DNA from: the human T2T-CHM13v2.0 reference genome, Homo sapiens
Length of the DNA stretch: 64,000 nucleotides
Assembly (NCBI RefSeq): GCF_009914755.1
Contig: NC_060928.1
Strand: one strand, 5' to 3'
Part shown: in pieces, positions 13,933-29,281 of the stretch
How the letters are laid out: each line of letters opens with the position of its first letter
Position numbering within the stretch: position 1 is the stretch's first letter
Notes under the pieces: model-generated
Told to the model about the DNA's origin: nothing
Database searches by the model: none
What the model saw: the letters and a program-made list of their open reading frames with translations, nothing else
Translations under genes and position numbers: made by a program

Positions 13933-15009
13933 CTCGTTTTAAATTCACATTTAAGCACTTTACATTAATACATTCCAAAAAGATTAAAAAATAGAGACCT
14001 TATTCTCTTCTTTATCTATACATGGAAAGAAAATTAGCTGCATTGTTTAATATCTTTTATTAATTACAAATAGCATAATTATCCTTCCTGAATGCCAAGG
14101 CAACGTTATATCATTCATTTTTAAAAATGTATTTGTAATTCCATCATACAATTTATGTGACAATCATTTTTCCTATTGTAGTCAAGGGTAACATGGAATA
14201 GTAATTCAATTAGTGAAATATCCATATCTGTTTTCACTGTTTCCTTTAAAATTCTCAAGGGGCTCATTATAGAAGCATTATCTCTGTCAAGGACCTAATT
14301 ACTTGTCTTTGTATTCTCAGCAATTTACCTTTCATCTTTAATCGTGGCTCCCTTGAACTTTTTCATCTGTTGTATTCACTTCAGTTTTATGTAACTCATG
14401 TTAGGTCATGCCATTCCTTTGGATTATCATTTTCAGGGTTTCCTGTGCTTTTTCTTCATTGGTCCCTTACAATTAATATTGATCACTTTTCACCTCTAGT
14501 ATATTTATATCTCAAAAGTACAACTTCTTATTGAGCATCTTTTTAATTAGCTCAAGTATTTTCTTTCTGGCCTTCTTCATATTCAGGGGCATCTGGCTAA
14601 GAACCAGCTTTTTATATATTTAAAATCAATTTTACTTAGCCTAATTAATATTTTATTTTTAAATTCTTACTTCTGATTCATTTAGAGTTATAATATTTTG
14701 AGTGATCCTAGTTTTTGCTTTAGGATATAATATGTGCCTTGTTCATCTTACTCTTGGGTCTTGAAACATAAGAGTACTCAGTCTACCATCTGGCTGACTC
14801 TCCAACCCAGGAACTAAGCTTACCAAATCCCAGTATTTGGCTATAATGTTGGATGTTGACCCGATTACAACAAACATTAGGCATCAAGGCAGTTACATTC
14901 ATTTTTTCAGTGATATAAAATATCAGAAGAGCTGCAACTTTTTGTCTTCACTTTAATATCACCCTTCCTTTGCTTTAGCTACTACCTTCCTCTTTTGAAT
15001 TCCTTTATG

Positions 15010-15085
15010 TTCTTCTTTCCTTCTCCTCTCCCTACCTTCCTTCTTCCCTTCCTTCCTTCCTTCATCCTTTCCTTCCTTCCCTTTA
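15010..15085. repeat. (TTCC)n polypyrimidine tract
   Basis: Directly visible. Confidence 0.85.
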
Positions 15086-15629
15086 CTTTATCTAATTTAA
15101 AACTTCTAACTACTTCATAAGGAAGTGCCCCTGTTTTAAGTAATGTCGAAATTGATATATAAGTACATTGACAAAGTCATACACTGAGTGATGGAGAAAA
15201 ATAAAAATCAAGCCCAATTCTCTGTGATTCCCTATTCCATGCTTTGCCACCACTATGTATTATCAGCAAGCTAAAACTAAAATATGTAATGACTGTTTTT
15301 AAATGTAATAAAATCCATCTAGGGTAAATGATACTTTTTCATTGACTGGTAAAGCTTGTTTCTAATTTTTAAATCAGTCTGGGTTGAACAATATAATTTC
15401 AAATGTTGCAACAATACAAAAAAAACTAGGACTGTAGGAAATCTTGTTTTATAATAAAATCAATATAAAGCTGAGACACTGATTCAACTTTCCATTTTTT
15501 TCTTCATCTATCTCAACATTTGAACATTCCTTCTAGTCAAGAGCATCTATGCTGTGATCACCAGTGGTTCTTTGTAAGTCAAAGGAAACCATGTCAAATA
15601 TACAGTAAAACAACAAAATTTGTTTCATC

Positions 15630-15790
15630 CAGCTATTCATTCATCCTTGTATCTGCCCATTCATACACTCGTTAATTTACTTAATAAATCTTGATGGAGC
15701 AACTATTTACCAAATACTTTGTTGTGCAGTAATATAACAGTGAACCTAATAAAAACATTGTCTGCCTGACCTTAATGAACTTTCAGTTTA
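15630..15790 (-). mobile_element. L2 3' end relic
   Basis: ttcattcat..., taataaatcttgatggagcaactat, acagtgaac...tctgcctgaccttaatgaactttcagttta. Confidence 0.55.
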
Positions 15791-16703
15791 TAATATAAAA
15801 CTCTACAGAAACAAAAAAAATTTATCCACTCAGAAGAGATAAGATTACATCTCAATATCATTTTATTCAGTTCCTAAATAATTAATATTTTTTCCTTAAT
15901 TCCTTTTTTATACCAGAAAATCAATTATGTATTTTTTACATACATTGTAAAAAAGATATGAATTTCTGGATTTCAAACATTTTGATTAAGCAACCTAATT
16001 ATGGCAGTAATTTTCATTCATCACGGTTTCTAGTAAGGATGGTGAGAATGTTTATGTTAACTGTGCACTCTTAATTTTTAAGGTTGGCCATTCTTCTGGA
16101 AATGAAGAGTATTTGTGAATATATAGGGACCCTCACCTAGCACTCTTCTCTGAGAAGCTGGGTGGTATTTAGCATAAAATAAGTGGTCTTGCATTCTCTC
16201 CAAAGGGTTTTACGCTCTTAGAAGCCCTCAGCAAGAGGTTTCAACACAAGTGTAATCAATTCCTAAGAAATTGAACGATAAAAAATGTTCCTCCAACATA
16301 TTTATTATGACATTGTACTTTTATATTCTATTTGGCAACTTTATTGAAGAAAATGAATGTAATCCTTTATTGAAGATTTTAATGAATTTGAATTGGGTCA
16401 CTAAAAGTTTTAAAGATAAAAAAATTTATGAAAAGTGAGACAAACAGCTTTCTACCATAAAGTAATATATTCTGGCATTTCAGAGACGCCTACGTGACTT
16501 TATCAGATAGAAAAAATATGATACAATATAGATGTGATATTTAAAATTACAGTGATCATGGTTGTCTAATTATATTAAGATAATGAATTTGAAAAATCAG
16601 AGACAAAGTGAAAACCTCTGTCTTTTGTAGTCCCTTTAAAGGAGAAACTTATAAAAATATTTTTATATAAAGAAAATAAAAATAAGAAAAACGAGTCCTA
16701 GGT

Positions 16704-16942
16704 CAGTAGTCAGTCAACTATTTCTCTAAAGAGGCCAGCCAATAGTAATCTTTTAGCTTTGGGGTGACATAGTTTCTGCTGCAGTGACTCAACTCTGCAT
16801 CATAGCTACAAAGCAGCCACAGATGTGTGACACAGACATGACTCAGGTGAACAAATGAGCGTGGCTGTGCTTCCAGAAATCTTTACATACGTGAACGGGA
16901 GGCACCACATTTAGCCTCGTGGGCTATATTTGCTGACCCTTG
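16704..16942 (+). mobile_element. MER58A (hAT-Charlie)
   Basis: aactatttctctaaagaggccag; gactcaactctgc..tagctacaaagcagcca; aaatgagcgtggctgtg; tttgctgacccttg end. Confidence 0.8.
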
Positions 16943-17452
16943 CATTAGGTGGATGTGGGCATTTTAAATATAGCCAAAATGATGAAAAAAAATTGGAAAT
17001 ATGCACCTACCAATGTCACAAGTAACTTCATGGATTAAAAGAAAGAAACTATATAAAAAATTAGCTTTCCCAGATGAAGTACCTAAAAAGGTGAAATATT
17101 ACAATAATGTGGCAGAATTTGTTTTAATATTTCTTTAGAGTATTTTTGTTGTGTTTTGAGAAGTTTATGAACACTTTTTGCATATTATTAATGCAGCCTT
17201 TTTTATTTCATTCAACAGAATAACATCTACTCTATGACCTGTCTGTTTCTTTGGTAACAGATAAGTAATGCAATTACCATTTGATCTTATTACTCCAATA
17301 AAGTTTTAATATTAATACTGGAGAATTCCCCCCCCCCATAGAAGGTGAGGTGATTTTTTTAAAAGTGACATTAATTTTAATAAAAAATTATTCCAAAAAA
17401 ATGATAAAGGTAATTCTAATGGTCACTTTTTGGACCAGCTATGTCTCAGCAC

Positions 17453-17545
17453 TTTTTTTTTTTTTCTGGAGACAGGCTCTTGATATGTTTCCCAGGCTGG
17501 TCTCAAACTCCTGGGCTCAAGTGGGCCTCCTGCCTCAGCTCCCGC
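17453..17545 (-). mobile_element. Alu monomer fragment (FLAM-like)
   Basis: T tract then cccaggctggtctcaaactcctgggctcaagt. Confidence 0.8.
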
Positions 17546-20239
17546 CCCAGCCTCCTGTATCTCAGCTTCAATATACATAAATCCTCAAATAACTGTGAGC
17601 TTATTGACTCTCCTGTCAGAAAATTGAATTGCTTTTTAGATGTTGGTTTATTTCAAATATATTTGTAGATGTAGTGGTTTCATTTCTAAAGATTAATTGA
17701 AAACTAGTCACAAGTTTGATTTGCATACTTTAATACATGTGTGCCCCTATTGATTATCTACTGCTTTGGTCAGATAAGTCATAAGTCATTTGTTTTCTAT
17801 TCCCACCAACACTGTTTGACCTCAGATCTTTGTTTTATAATCTCTTTGTGTCCTATTCTCTCATATCTGCTTCTTAAATTCCTTAATCCCTCCTACAGAT
17901 AATTCTTACAGAACTACATAAATGAAGCCTAAAACCTTTGCCTGCTTTACAAAGACGTGTAGTACTTATGCTGAATTTATTTCCCTGCTCTTTTAAACTG
18001 CTTCTAATGCCTTGAACACTTGAGCGTTCCCCTGGAATTTTTTTCTTCACTGACCTTTGAAACCCTATGTATCCATGTAAGTTGAGATCAAATTCCATCT
18101 TCTCCTTGTATCCCTTCTCTGATCACTGTGAAGTGTTCATATTCTGTTTATCTCTAAGAGAAGTCAAGAGTGATCCCTGCAGGCTGACATCCCAGAGAGA
18201 GAGATGGTGTTCCGCGGAGACCAAGGTTCTGTTTTACAGCACTACGGTGGGGTCCCAGTCCCCGATCACCTGATTATGAAGCTAAACGTCCCCATGATCC
18301 AGAGGGTCCCTCCCTGGAGTTTAACATCTGACTCAAAGGTCCATATATGTCCCACTAAATTCTGTTTTTAAGGCTTTCAGTGGGCTGGCTGGTCATTTGC
18401 TTTTGTTTGCCCAACAACTTCATATTGCCAAATATTATAGGTTTGCAGACTCGAGATATCCAGGGTAAATTAGGAAGAGTGCATATTAATTGTGATTAAA
18501 ACACAGCAGGGACTTGGGCCTGGCCCATCTCCCTTGGTGTTCTAGCATTTGGCAGTAGTCGATGAGCATTAATAATGGAAGTCCCCTGGGGATGGAGAGA
18601 AGCAGAGAAAATAAATGCTGGTAAAGAAACAGTTATATATATTTATTAAATAATTTTTCAGTTATAAAAGGTTATCTAGTGTAAAATAAATATTACTGAC
18701 CATGAAATTATTGAACATATCTAAGCCAAACCTTCCTAAAAATCCCTAACATGCACACATCTCTTTGGGGAAAGGCCACCTCACTGTTCTTCACCTCCAG
18801 AGGGCCGGTGCAGTGGTTCCTTAGTTGATTTCTAGATGTGGGTTCTTTCTCTCTCTCTCCCAAGTGACGTCTTCCTGGGACATCAGTGATTCAAACTGCA
18901 AGTGTTCAGAAAATGAAGGGACACATACATCTTTACAGCAACAGCAAGCATCAGTAAGTTATAGAAAAGTCAGGGTTTTACAATCTCTGAACCTTTAATT
19001 TATTGATCCTAGATATGATTACTGCATGCTTTCCATTACCATACATATCTAGCTGGTTGTACATTTTTATATATGCAAAGTAGGCAATCCTCCAGTATTG
19101 ATTCTCTATGTGATTCATCACATCTGTCTTTGACACCCCATTCATCCAGCAATAGTTTTATTAAATGGAAAATGGACAATCCTGATATGCTGATCTTACC
19201 AAAAATAGCATACTTCCTTGAACTCAGGTGGCTCTTACTGGTACTAATAAAGCTTTGAGGCCAGGACAGAGACTCTGGTCCTACTTAATACACACTGGCT
19301 ACAAGACTTCAAGGACATTAATATACATAAAAGCAGGGCTTACCTGTAGTTTGCTTTATGCTTTATTTGTGGTTATCTATGACCTCTTTCTCTGGTTCTC
19401 TTCAGCCAGCCAGTTTCACCAGTGATAAGTACAAACAGATGTAGCTTACTTCTAACGTAGAAGCTCCCAGGGAGTTGAGGCCATATTTTAGTCAATTTTA
19501 TGTACTTCATATAACTCAGTTGAACTAGGTGTCTTGCATCATTGATACATATTTATTACATGCATGCTGGAACACATAACATTTAAAACAAACAGATTTC
19601 TTTAAAAATATGTTTAAAGTACAAAAAAAATCCCCAATTGGAACAATTCCAATCACCGTGTCATTTGAAGTGTCCATCTCCATTCACTAGTGAACTCTAA
19701 AATGATTTCAGAGACTCTAAATAAAGACACTAAACTGCTGAGGTTTGGGATTGTGTTTTATTTGGATTAATATTATTACTGTTACTATTTTTATTAGATT
19801 ACACTACCTGTAATCTAATTTACTTCTAAAATTCAAAATTATCTAGATGGAAAAAAACAGATTTTTAAAAATATTCATGAAAGAATAGGTGTCATGGTAG
19901 ACAGTAAAACAATTTAACAATTAAGTGAGCTGTTAAGGAAAACATTCAGACATCTACAGTTGAAACAGTTAAAACCAGTTACAATAGATTAGACAGTGGA
20001 GAACATTTGTCTTTGTTTATAAGTCTCAGTTATTTGCCCATTCTGTCACTTTTACTCCAGAAATAGCCCTGAGAACTACCTCACAATCCATATTTATTAC
20101 TGAACTCTATTTTAGGCCCTGGTCATGAAGCCATCTAGTTGGGTCTGTTGTATTAATTATCTCCCTGTCTTACCAATATTTAAGCTGTTGACAAACATTT
20201 TCACCAGGTACAGACCAATTTTGTTATTGTCTAAGGGTG

Positions 20240-20710
20240 TAGTTTCAAATGCCCTAGCATGGAACTCAAGGTCCACTTATGACTTCCTCCAGTCTACCTG
20301 CCCACCTGGTTCTCACACAGCTCACCCATTGCTGTTACCTGGGTTCCAGCCACAGCACTCTACTGTTTTCTGAGCACGTCTTTCATTTTTTCCCATCACA
20401 ATCTCTTTGCTCATCTGTTTATTTAGCATGTATTTATTTCCATTCCCTTTGTCAAAATTCTACTCATTCTTCAAGCCTCGGGTGACATAATATCTCTTCC
20501 AAAAATCTCTTACCATATAGCTTTATTCAGAATTTACATGCATTTCCTCTGAAGTTTTATTATAATATCAGAGAAATTTTTCACATTGCAGCTACTTGTG
20601 TTTACATAACTCACTGAATTTTATTTGTTTCTGAGTAGGAAAATAATGCCTTGTAAATGTCTTAGTTCCTTTACACGTCTTAGCAAAAACACTAATAGTA
20701 CCATAGAACT
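20240..20710 (+). mobile_element. L2 relic
   Basis: ccctagcatggaactcaaggtcc, ttccagccacag, aattctactcattcttcaagcctc. Confidence 0.55.
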
Positions 20711-20949
20711 TAAACTGGAGTTAGAAGGATCATGTAGCCTAAATTCTTAATATGGGAAACCATGAACCAGAAACAGTATTTTTTAAAATAATTGAAATTT
20801 GAAGGTAGAACCTAGTAACTTGTCTGCCAAGACACTTCTCTAGCCAAGGTATCTTCTGATTAATATATGGCATAATAGCTTTCTGTAACAGTACTTCTCG
20901 ACTGGCGTTATCCATTAGAAATTCATACATTCATGGAATTATTTTATAT

Positions 20950-21110
20950 CTGCACAGTCCAATACAGTAGTCACTAGCCACATACAACACTTAAGTACTG
21001 GAAGTATGTCTAGTGCAACTGAGAAATTAAATTGATGATTTCCTTAATTTTAGTCAATTTAAATTTAAGTAGCCACACGTGGCTAGTGTCTACTGTATTG
21101 AACAGTGCAG
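20950..21110. mobile_element. MER3-like MITE (hAT-Charlie)
   Basis: ~32-bp imperfect terminal inverted repeats ctgcacagtccaatacagtagtcactagccac / gtggctagtgtctactgtattgaacagtgcag; internal aatttaaattt. Confidence 0.85.
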
Positions 21111-21478
21111 TAGTCTATAAGAACATTTTCCAGAAAATTATGTTTTCTGTTGAGAAATGTAATATGCTAACACCAAAATTTTTGTGGCCAAGAATAAAAA
21201 AATACTGTTATATTTCTCTTTTGATTTTAAAGGGAATTTTTCATAGTGCAGAAATAGATAACGTCCCTTATTCAATGGAATACTACTATTGAACTATTTT
21301 GCCTGGGAAAGGACAAATGGTAGCTCATAAAAACTGAATTGCAAGAAAAGAATTTGCAGTTGTGAAAGATGACATGCACCAGATAAATAGGATGACTGTA
21401 TTCAATCTATTGCAATTAGGAGATCATTCATTAATCAGGAATATTTTCAAGAAAGGAAGGGAGCCTGGAGTTTGATAG

Positions 21479-21865
<387 letters not shown>

Positions 21866-23689
21866 TAGGAAGGGTAATGGTGGGAATATGCAAGACCAGG
21901 GTGGTCCCTTGACTAGCCATTTCTTGGAACACAAAAGTTAGGAGAATTTTGCAACCATCCCTTCTTTCCAGGGAGATAGAATATATTTAAATGTACACAT
22001 GCAACATTTCAAGAAGAATTTAAATTTCACAAATGTTATCTGTTTACATAATCCTTACTCCTGCCCAAAGGTCTGTGGAGTCAAGAGTAAAAACTTATGC
22101 TCCTATGGTTTCCTCCCAGAATTTTTTTAACTGTTTGTCTTGAAGAAATGGAGTCTTATATTTATGTTATATTTATATTTAAATAAACTATCTGGTATTT
22201 AGAATCAAATTCTAACATATATTAGACAAGGAGTAAGTGATTTGATATATTTTGTCTCATTTTGTTCTACCAATATTTGCCATTTTACAAACAAGAAAAC
22301 TAAGGCTCATATAGTTTAAGTGATAGGCTCTATTTAGATTTGGACCGTCTACTTCCATATGCATAGTTAGGAATTAGTCATGTCAACCTTATGCCATCGA
22401 AATGTCAGCTAGTATCACCTCAGCCCTGTGACTATAGATATTAATTGACTTGAACTTTGGTATTGGTGAATAATTGAAAGTCTACCCTGAAATTTCTGCA
22501 AATTCCAATGCACTCATTATTGGTGGTCATCTCAAATTTTGAACTCTTGCTTCAGATAAATTAATTCTGCTCATGGAACATTTTACTATACACTGTATTT
22601 ATATAATATATCTGTTCTAAAACACAGCAAACTATATTTGAAGAACTATATTTGAAGAGTGGGCCCTTTCCTTGAAATACATGAGTGCAGTGATGCAAAC
22701 TCACATACTTTCCTATGTGAGTACAGTCAGGTCTGTAGATGACTGATATTTCTCCATTTACTCACTGGAATTTATTTCTATTTTCTATTTCTATTTGACA
22801 GATTTTTATTTATATTGTATTTTATTGATAAATTGTTCATTAATTGTGGTTCTGAGTATATCTGAAATATATCTCTATCTCTTCTAGCTTGTACACTTTT
22901 TAAAGTGGGAGGGAAGTCAATATGCATATTATTTTCATATATGGGCAGGCAATTAATTGTTGGATTGTAACTATATTGATGTGGATGAAATGAAAACACA
23001 TACTTATTAAGAAATTATAAAATTTTATAACAAAGGAAAACAAGACATCACAAAAGTCTTATTGTTGACTTTCCTATGTAGGATTTTTTTTTTCTTTCCA
23101 ATTACTAGCTTTTTTTGGTTTAATGGGCTCTCAAATAGGCCTCACTGGCTCTCTCGCTTCCTGGATGATTAGTGGCAAATGCTCAGCTAGCACAAAGCAC
23201 TGCAAAACATTTTCTATTCAGGTCAGGCACAGAATTTGTCATTTTTATTTTCAGTGTGTGCAAAATGATTGTTTACATTGACTCTTTTACAATATCAAGG
23301 AATTTTATTTATCATTCTATTGTTGAAGGAAAGTATTGGTATTTCAAAATAAAAAGCAAAATGTCAATAAGATAATTTTTTCTTTTTCTTAATAATGTCT
23401 TAGCCATATATACACATTTCTAATCATAATATGCAAAACATTTCCAAAAACATTTGATTAGAATTAGTTCAGTACACATTATATCTAACTTTAATAAAAA
23501 TGAGGGGCCAATATTTTAAACATTGATATTCTTAATATTTCCCTAATCATAATGTCTTAAAGATTTTTCTTTAATCATTTACCATAGTTTTTAGAATGAA
23601 GGAGTAACTTTATTAAAAGCGTATTCAAATCAAAACTTGCCTACACTATCTTTTAAAGGGAGTTCAGCCAAAATTGTATCAATTTTAAT

Positions 23690-23850
23690 AATGTTGGTCA
23701 AGTTCCTTTACCTTTCTGGCCTCATCTTCTTCATGTAAATGACTTAATGGCACCAAAGCCCCAAGACTGTAGTTAGGATGAATGAATGAATAGTGGAAAT
23801 CATTTAAAATGGTACCCAGTTTCTAGTAAGTTCTTAAAAACATTAAGATG
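23690..23850 (+). mobile_element. MIR relic
   Basis: ttggtcaagttcctttacctttctggcctcatcttcttcatgtaaatg. Confidence 0.55.
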
Positions 23851-24019
23851 ATTATCCAGTTAAACTAGATTCTTTTATAGAAGATGCAATAAATCTTATA
23901 AATGGTATAACATTTGCCAATATTTTTACAAGTAGTAAATAAAACTTCAAAACTAGAACCTAGCTCTCCTCTGAATAATTACAATACATTATAAAATCAA
24001 GGCATGTATACTGAAAACA

Positions 24020-24960
24020 AAAGGTAGGGAGCAGCAAGGCTTCCTGTGAATGGGATCAGGGAACGCTTCATGGAAGTAGTTGCTTGGAACATAGAAGGGC
24101 ATTCCGGGCAGATGTAAACGTGCTGGGAGGCAGGGATGCAGGCCCTCCCCCACATTTACACAGCCCTGAATAAGAGTACAATCAGAGGCACTTGTACTGT
24201 AGACCAAAGTATTTGAAGCCTATAATGAACAGTTAAATGAAATATTTTGTTTGTTTGTTTTCTTACTTAACAGTACATGTTTCTATAATAACCTGCAGGA
24301 TCAGGATAAGGTTCAGAATTCTTAGTCTCCTCGGAGTTCACGCACAACATGGCAGTAGAGGAGAAAGATCCAGGTTTCTTGATCTGTTCCCTGTCCCCCT
24401 TAATCCTAACAGCTTCAGCGCAGCCTCTGTCCAAGCTCTGTCCTCCTGCTCCCCAAACAGATGCCCTGTGGCCATTTCTCAGGCCTAGGAGTAAGCACAT
24501 CAGCAATCTGTCCTCATAAGGAAGGACTCCCAAGAGAGGCTCCAGCAGATGTTAGATGCTTCCTGAGGCGTGCTGAGGGGATTATAGTTTGTGAGCAAAT
24601 GTGTGGTAGGCCCTGGGTGGCCAGATTCTGAAGGCCTTGTACATTCCTTGCACCACTGTGAGGGGCAGAGCTGGAGGAAGGACAGAACAAGAGCCCAAAG
24701 TAGGTTGGGATCCCTGTCCCTTAATCTAAAGTGGGCATGGAATCATGTGGCATTTCTGAGATCTAAAAGTTATTCTAAAGCAATATGAAAAAGTCTTTGG
24801 CGGAGGCTGAGTCTGGAGGCAGAAATACCAAGAAGCTATTGCAATGGACAGATTTATGAAAATGACAGTGAAGACAGAGAGGAAGGTGCAGATGGATTCC
24901 AGAGACACTTAGGTTGTATGGTCAATAGAGCTCAAGGGCCAACTAAATTCCAGGGAAAGT
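24020..24960 (-). mobile_element. L2 fragments, interrupted by unassigned sequence at ~24.25-24.7 kb
   Basis: ggatcagggaacgcttcatggaagtag, gggcattccgggcaga; ggaatcatgtggcat, gaagctattgcaa, agatggattccagagacacttagg. Confidence 0.55.
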
Positions 24961-26092
24961 GGAAGAACTTGGAAACCAGAATGAATGTGAATTCATTGTA
25001 GGGAGGCGGGTAAGTGGAAATTTAACTTTATTCTAGTGTTCTCTGCCGCACTATGCTGCCTTTAAGGTGGAAAGGCAGTCTGTATTCGAAGTCCAGAAGT
25101 ATTGTTAAAATTTTACCACTGGAATTTGATCTAGTAAAATAAAGTTAATTGCTATAGTTATGCTTTTCAAGCATTATTTGCTTGAGAAATGCATTGTTTG
25201 TAGACATGTTTATTTAGGTTTGGAGTTATGTATACCCAAAAGACACAAACACATATAATTCATTTTGATGTAGGTAGTTTTACATCACCTCAAAATATAA
25301 GCAGATGTGTTCTTTCAAAATGCTATTAATTATGTTACCAGGTGAAATCCTTCTCATTTTACCTAGTTCACTGAGTCTGTTGAACATTTTCATGAACCCA
25401 TCTTGACCCTTTAAGTGTAGATGAAATTCTTTCAAGTTGTAATACATCCGGTCTAATCAGGACTCTGAAATAAAAATGAATCGTCTTTAAACCAAGGCTA
25501 TGATGATGATAGCTACTGGCTTGGAAAGAATTCTTTAATTATTTATGTAAATTTAATTATACCAGTTTAAGTAAAGGCTTGCCATAAACATTAGTCAAAA
25601 AAAGATAATTACTTGAATGGCATTAACTCTAATAAAGCAAAATAAACAGACTATACTAATTAGGAACTAAAATGCATATGCTGTGAACCTAATATGAAAT
25701 TTTCAGTTATGAAATTGCATTGTGTAACTTGATAAAGGAGAGTTGTTTATTGCTGCTCTCATTAAAATAAACCCTCCTTATAGCACTTAGAATGTTGGAC
25801 TCCTACAGATAACATTATAATGAGGGGATGATGCATTTTGATTGAGTCAACACAAGGGAGAAATTTAATTTAATTAAACTGGTCTTCATTAAAGTATTAC
25901 ATTGAAGTGAAGTAATTATATGGCACATACAGTATGGAAGAAATCCTGCTGTTTAAAAGGGAGGACACTCACAATCGACCGGCCTTGATTTTATTATAGA
26001 GCCCCTCTCTCAGTAATTAACCTTGAATTTGAATGTAATGATACAGCAGAGTAACATTCTTTCATGCTCTGGTTTTTAAAATAAATAACATC

Positions 26093-27390
26093 TTTTATAT
26101 ATATATATTTATATATATATTTTTATATATTTACATATATATTTATATATATATTTATATATATTTATATATTTATATATTTATATATTTATATATATTT
26201 ATATATTTATATATATTTATATATATTTATATATTTATATATATTTATATATATTTATATATTTATATATATTTATATATATTTATATATTTATATATTT
26301 ATATATATTTTATATATATTTATATTTATATATATTTTATATATATTTATATATATGTTTATATATTTATACATATTTATATATATGTTTATATATTTAT
26401 ATATATTTATATATATGTTTATATATTTATATATATATATGTTTATATATTTATATATATATTTATATATATTTATATATATATTTATATATATTTATAT
26501 ATATTTATATATATATTTATATATATTTATATATATTTATATATATTTATATATATATTTATATATATTTATATATATATTTATATATATTTATATATTT
26601 ATATATATTTATATATATTTATATATTTATATATATTTATATATATTTATATATATTTATATATATATTTATATATATTTATATATATTTATATATATAT
26701 TTATATATATTTATATATATTTATATATATATTTATATATATTTATATATATATTTATATATATTTATATATATTTATATATATATTTATATATATATTT
26801 ATATATATTTATATATATATTTATATATATATTTATATATGTTTATATATTTATATATATTTATATATATTTATATATATTTTTATATATATTTATATAT
26901 ATTTATATATATTTATATATATTTTTATATATATTTATATATATTTATATATATTTATATATTTATATATTTATATATATTTTATATATATTTATATATA
27001 TGTTTATATATTTATATATATTTATATATGTTTATATATTTATATATATATTTATATATGTTTATATATATTTATATATATTTATATATGTTTATATATT
27101 TATATATATTTATATATGTTTATATATATTTATATATATTTATATATGTTTATATATATTTATATATATATTTATATATGTTTATATATATTTATATATA
27201 TATTTATATATATTTATATATATTATTTATATATGTATTTATATATATTTATATATATTATTTATATATGTATTTATATATATATGTTTATATATTTATA
27301 TATATTTATATATATTTATATATATATTTATATATATTTATATATATTTATATATATATTTATATATATATAAATATATATAATATATCC
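26093..27390. repeat. ~1.3-kb interrupted AT array, (TA)nTT units of about 8-12 bp
   Basis: Directly visible; almost no C, scattered G variants (tatatatgtt). Confidence 0.98.
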
Positions 27391-28035
27391 ATGTAGCTTT
27401 TGTACATGTAAATATCTATGTAGACACATATTTGCATATTTGTGTATATATGCACACATATACATATTTGTGTGTATATATGTATGCAAATGTATATATA
27501 AAACTGATAAATATAAGCTTATTAATACTAATCCCTAAATAAATATTAAGCAAACATTAAGCAAAATAATATATGTTTCTTAGAGCTGTATTCTCTATAT
27601 ATCCAACATAATTGTTGAATATAACTACCTTTTTGGAATAAACAGTTTATGAACGTAATGTTGTTAAAAGATTCAAAAAAGTGTAGGCGGTAGATGAATG
27701 AGTAGAAGTAGGGTTAAAATTTTAAATTGTGAGAAACAACCTGTGATCATTACAGTAGCCTCTTGATATCTCCACCAAGTTGATGACATTTTATTTGTAG
27801 AGTAGAAAACATGCCTTTGGATGTGAAAGAGTATGGAGAAAATGATTACTTCAATTACTATTAAAAGATCTAAGGATAAACTACTTTTTCTTTCAGATAA
27901 TCAAAATTAATTTTTAAAAACCTGTGGAAATTATCATACTTCTAAATGAATCAATCAGTTAACTGGTTACTTATCTGGATTTATATGTCAAAATCAGCAA
28001 ATAGAAAATTTTAACATCTTCGATCTCTTGGCTTC

Positions 28036-28390
28036 TGTCTTGGTTCAGTCTGCTCTAACAAAGTACAATACTGGGTGGCTTATCAACTACTGAAATGTAC
28101 TTCTCACAGCTCTGGAGACTGCAAATCTGAGATCAGGGTGCCCACATAGTTGGGTTCTAGTGAGGGTCCTCTTGCAGGTTGCAGACTGCAGACTCCTTGT
28201 ATCCTCACATGGCAGAAACAGGGCTAGAATGTCCTGGAGGAATCTCTTTTCTAGGGCACTAATCCCATTAATGAGAGCTTCATCCTCACGATCTAAATTA
28301 TCTCCCAAATGGTCCACCTCCTACTACCACCACATTGGGGACTGTGGTTTCAACATAGGAATGTGAGGAGACACAAACTGTCTAGTGCAC
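28036..28390 (-). mobile_element. MLT1A-like MaLR solo LTR
   Basis: ttctcacagctctggagactg, atcctcacatggcaga, gggcactaatcccatt, tttcaacataggaatgtgaggagacacaaac. Confidence 0.85.
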
Positions 28391-28564
28391 CTTACTTATC
28401 TGTAAACGTTTCCTTGTTTCTTCAGCTACCCTCTTGACCACTTCTTTGAATCTTTCTCCACTGTTAAAAAAGGCTCTGTATTGGGTCTTTGCCTGATATG
28501 TCTGTATTCATTCATTAATAGTTGGAGAAATTTAAGGGCTGAGTTAAGCCTAAGTGAGTGATAG

Positions 28565-29176
<612 letters not shown>

Positions 29177-29281
29177 TAATTTTCCTGCCTTCCCCACTCA
29201 TATTCTCATGTCTCTCAAAACATTATTTTTTCTCTTCCTTCTCTTATATTTCCTACCGTCTATGATGTCAGTTTAAATATC

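Noticed and set aside
22630-22657. Small tandem duplications (14 bp here, 10 bp at ~40603, ~26 bp at 55913-55976)
   Set aside because: Ordinary slippage products
26355-27396. 342-aa and 185-aa I/Y/F-rich ORFs
   Set aside because: Translations of the stop-free AT array; no coding signal
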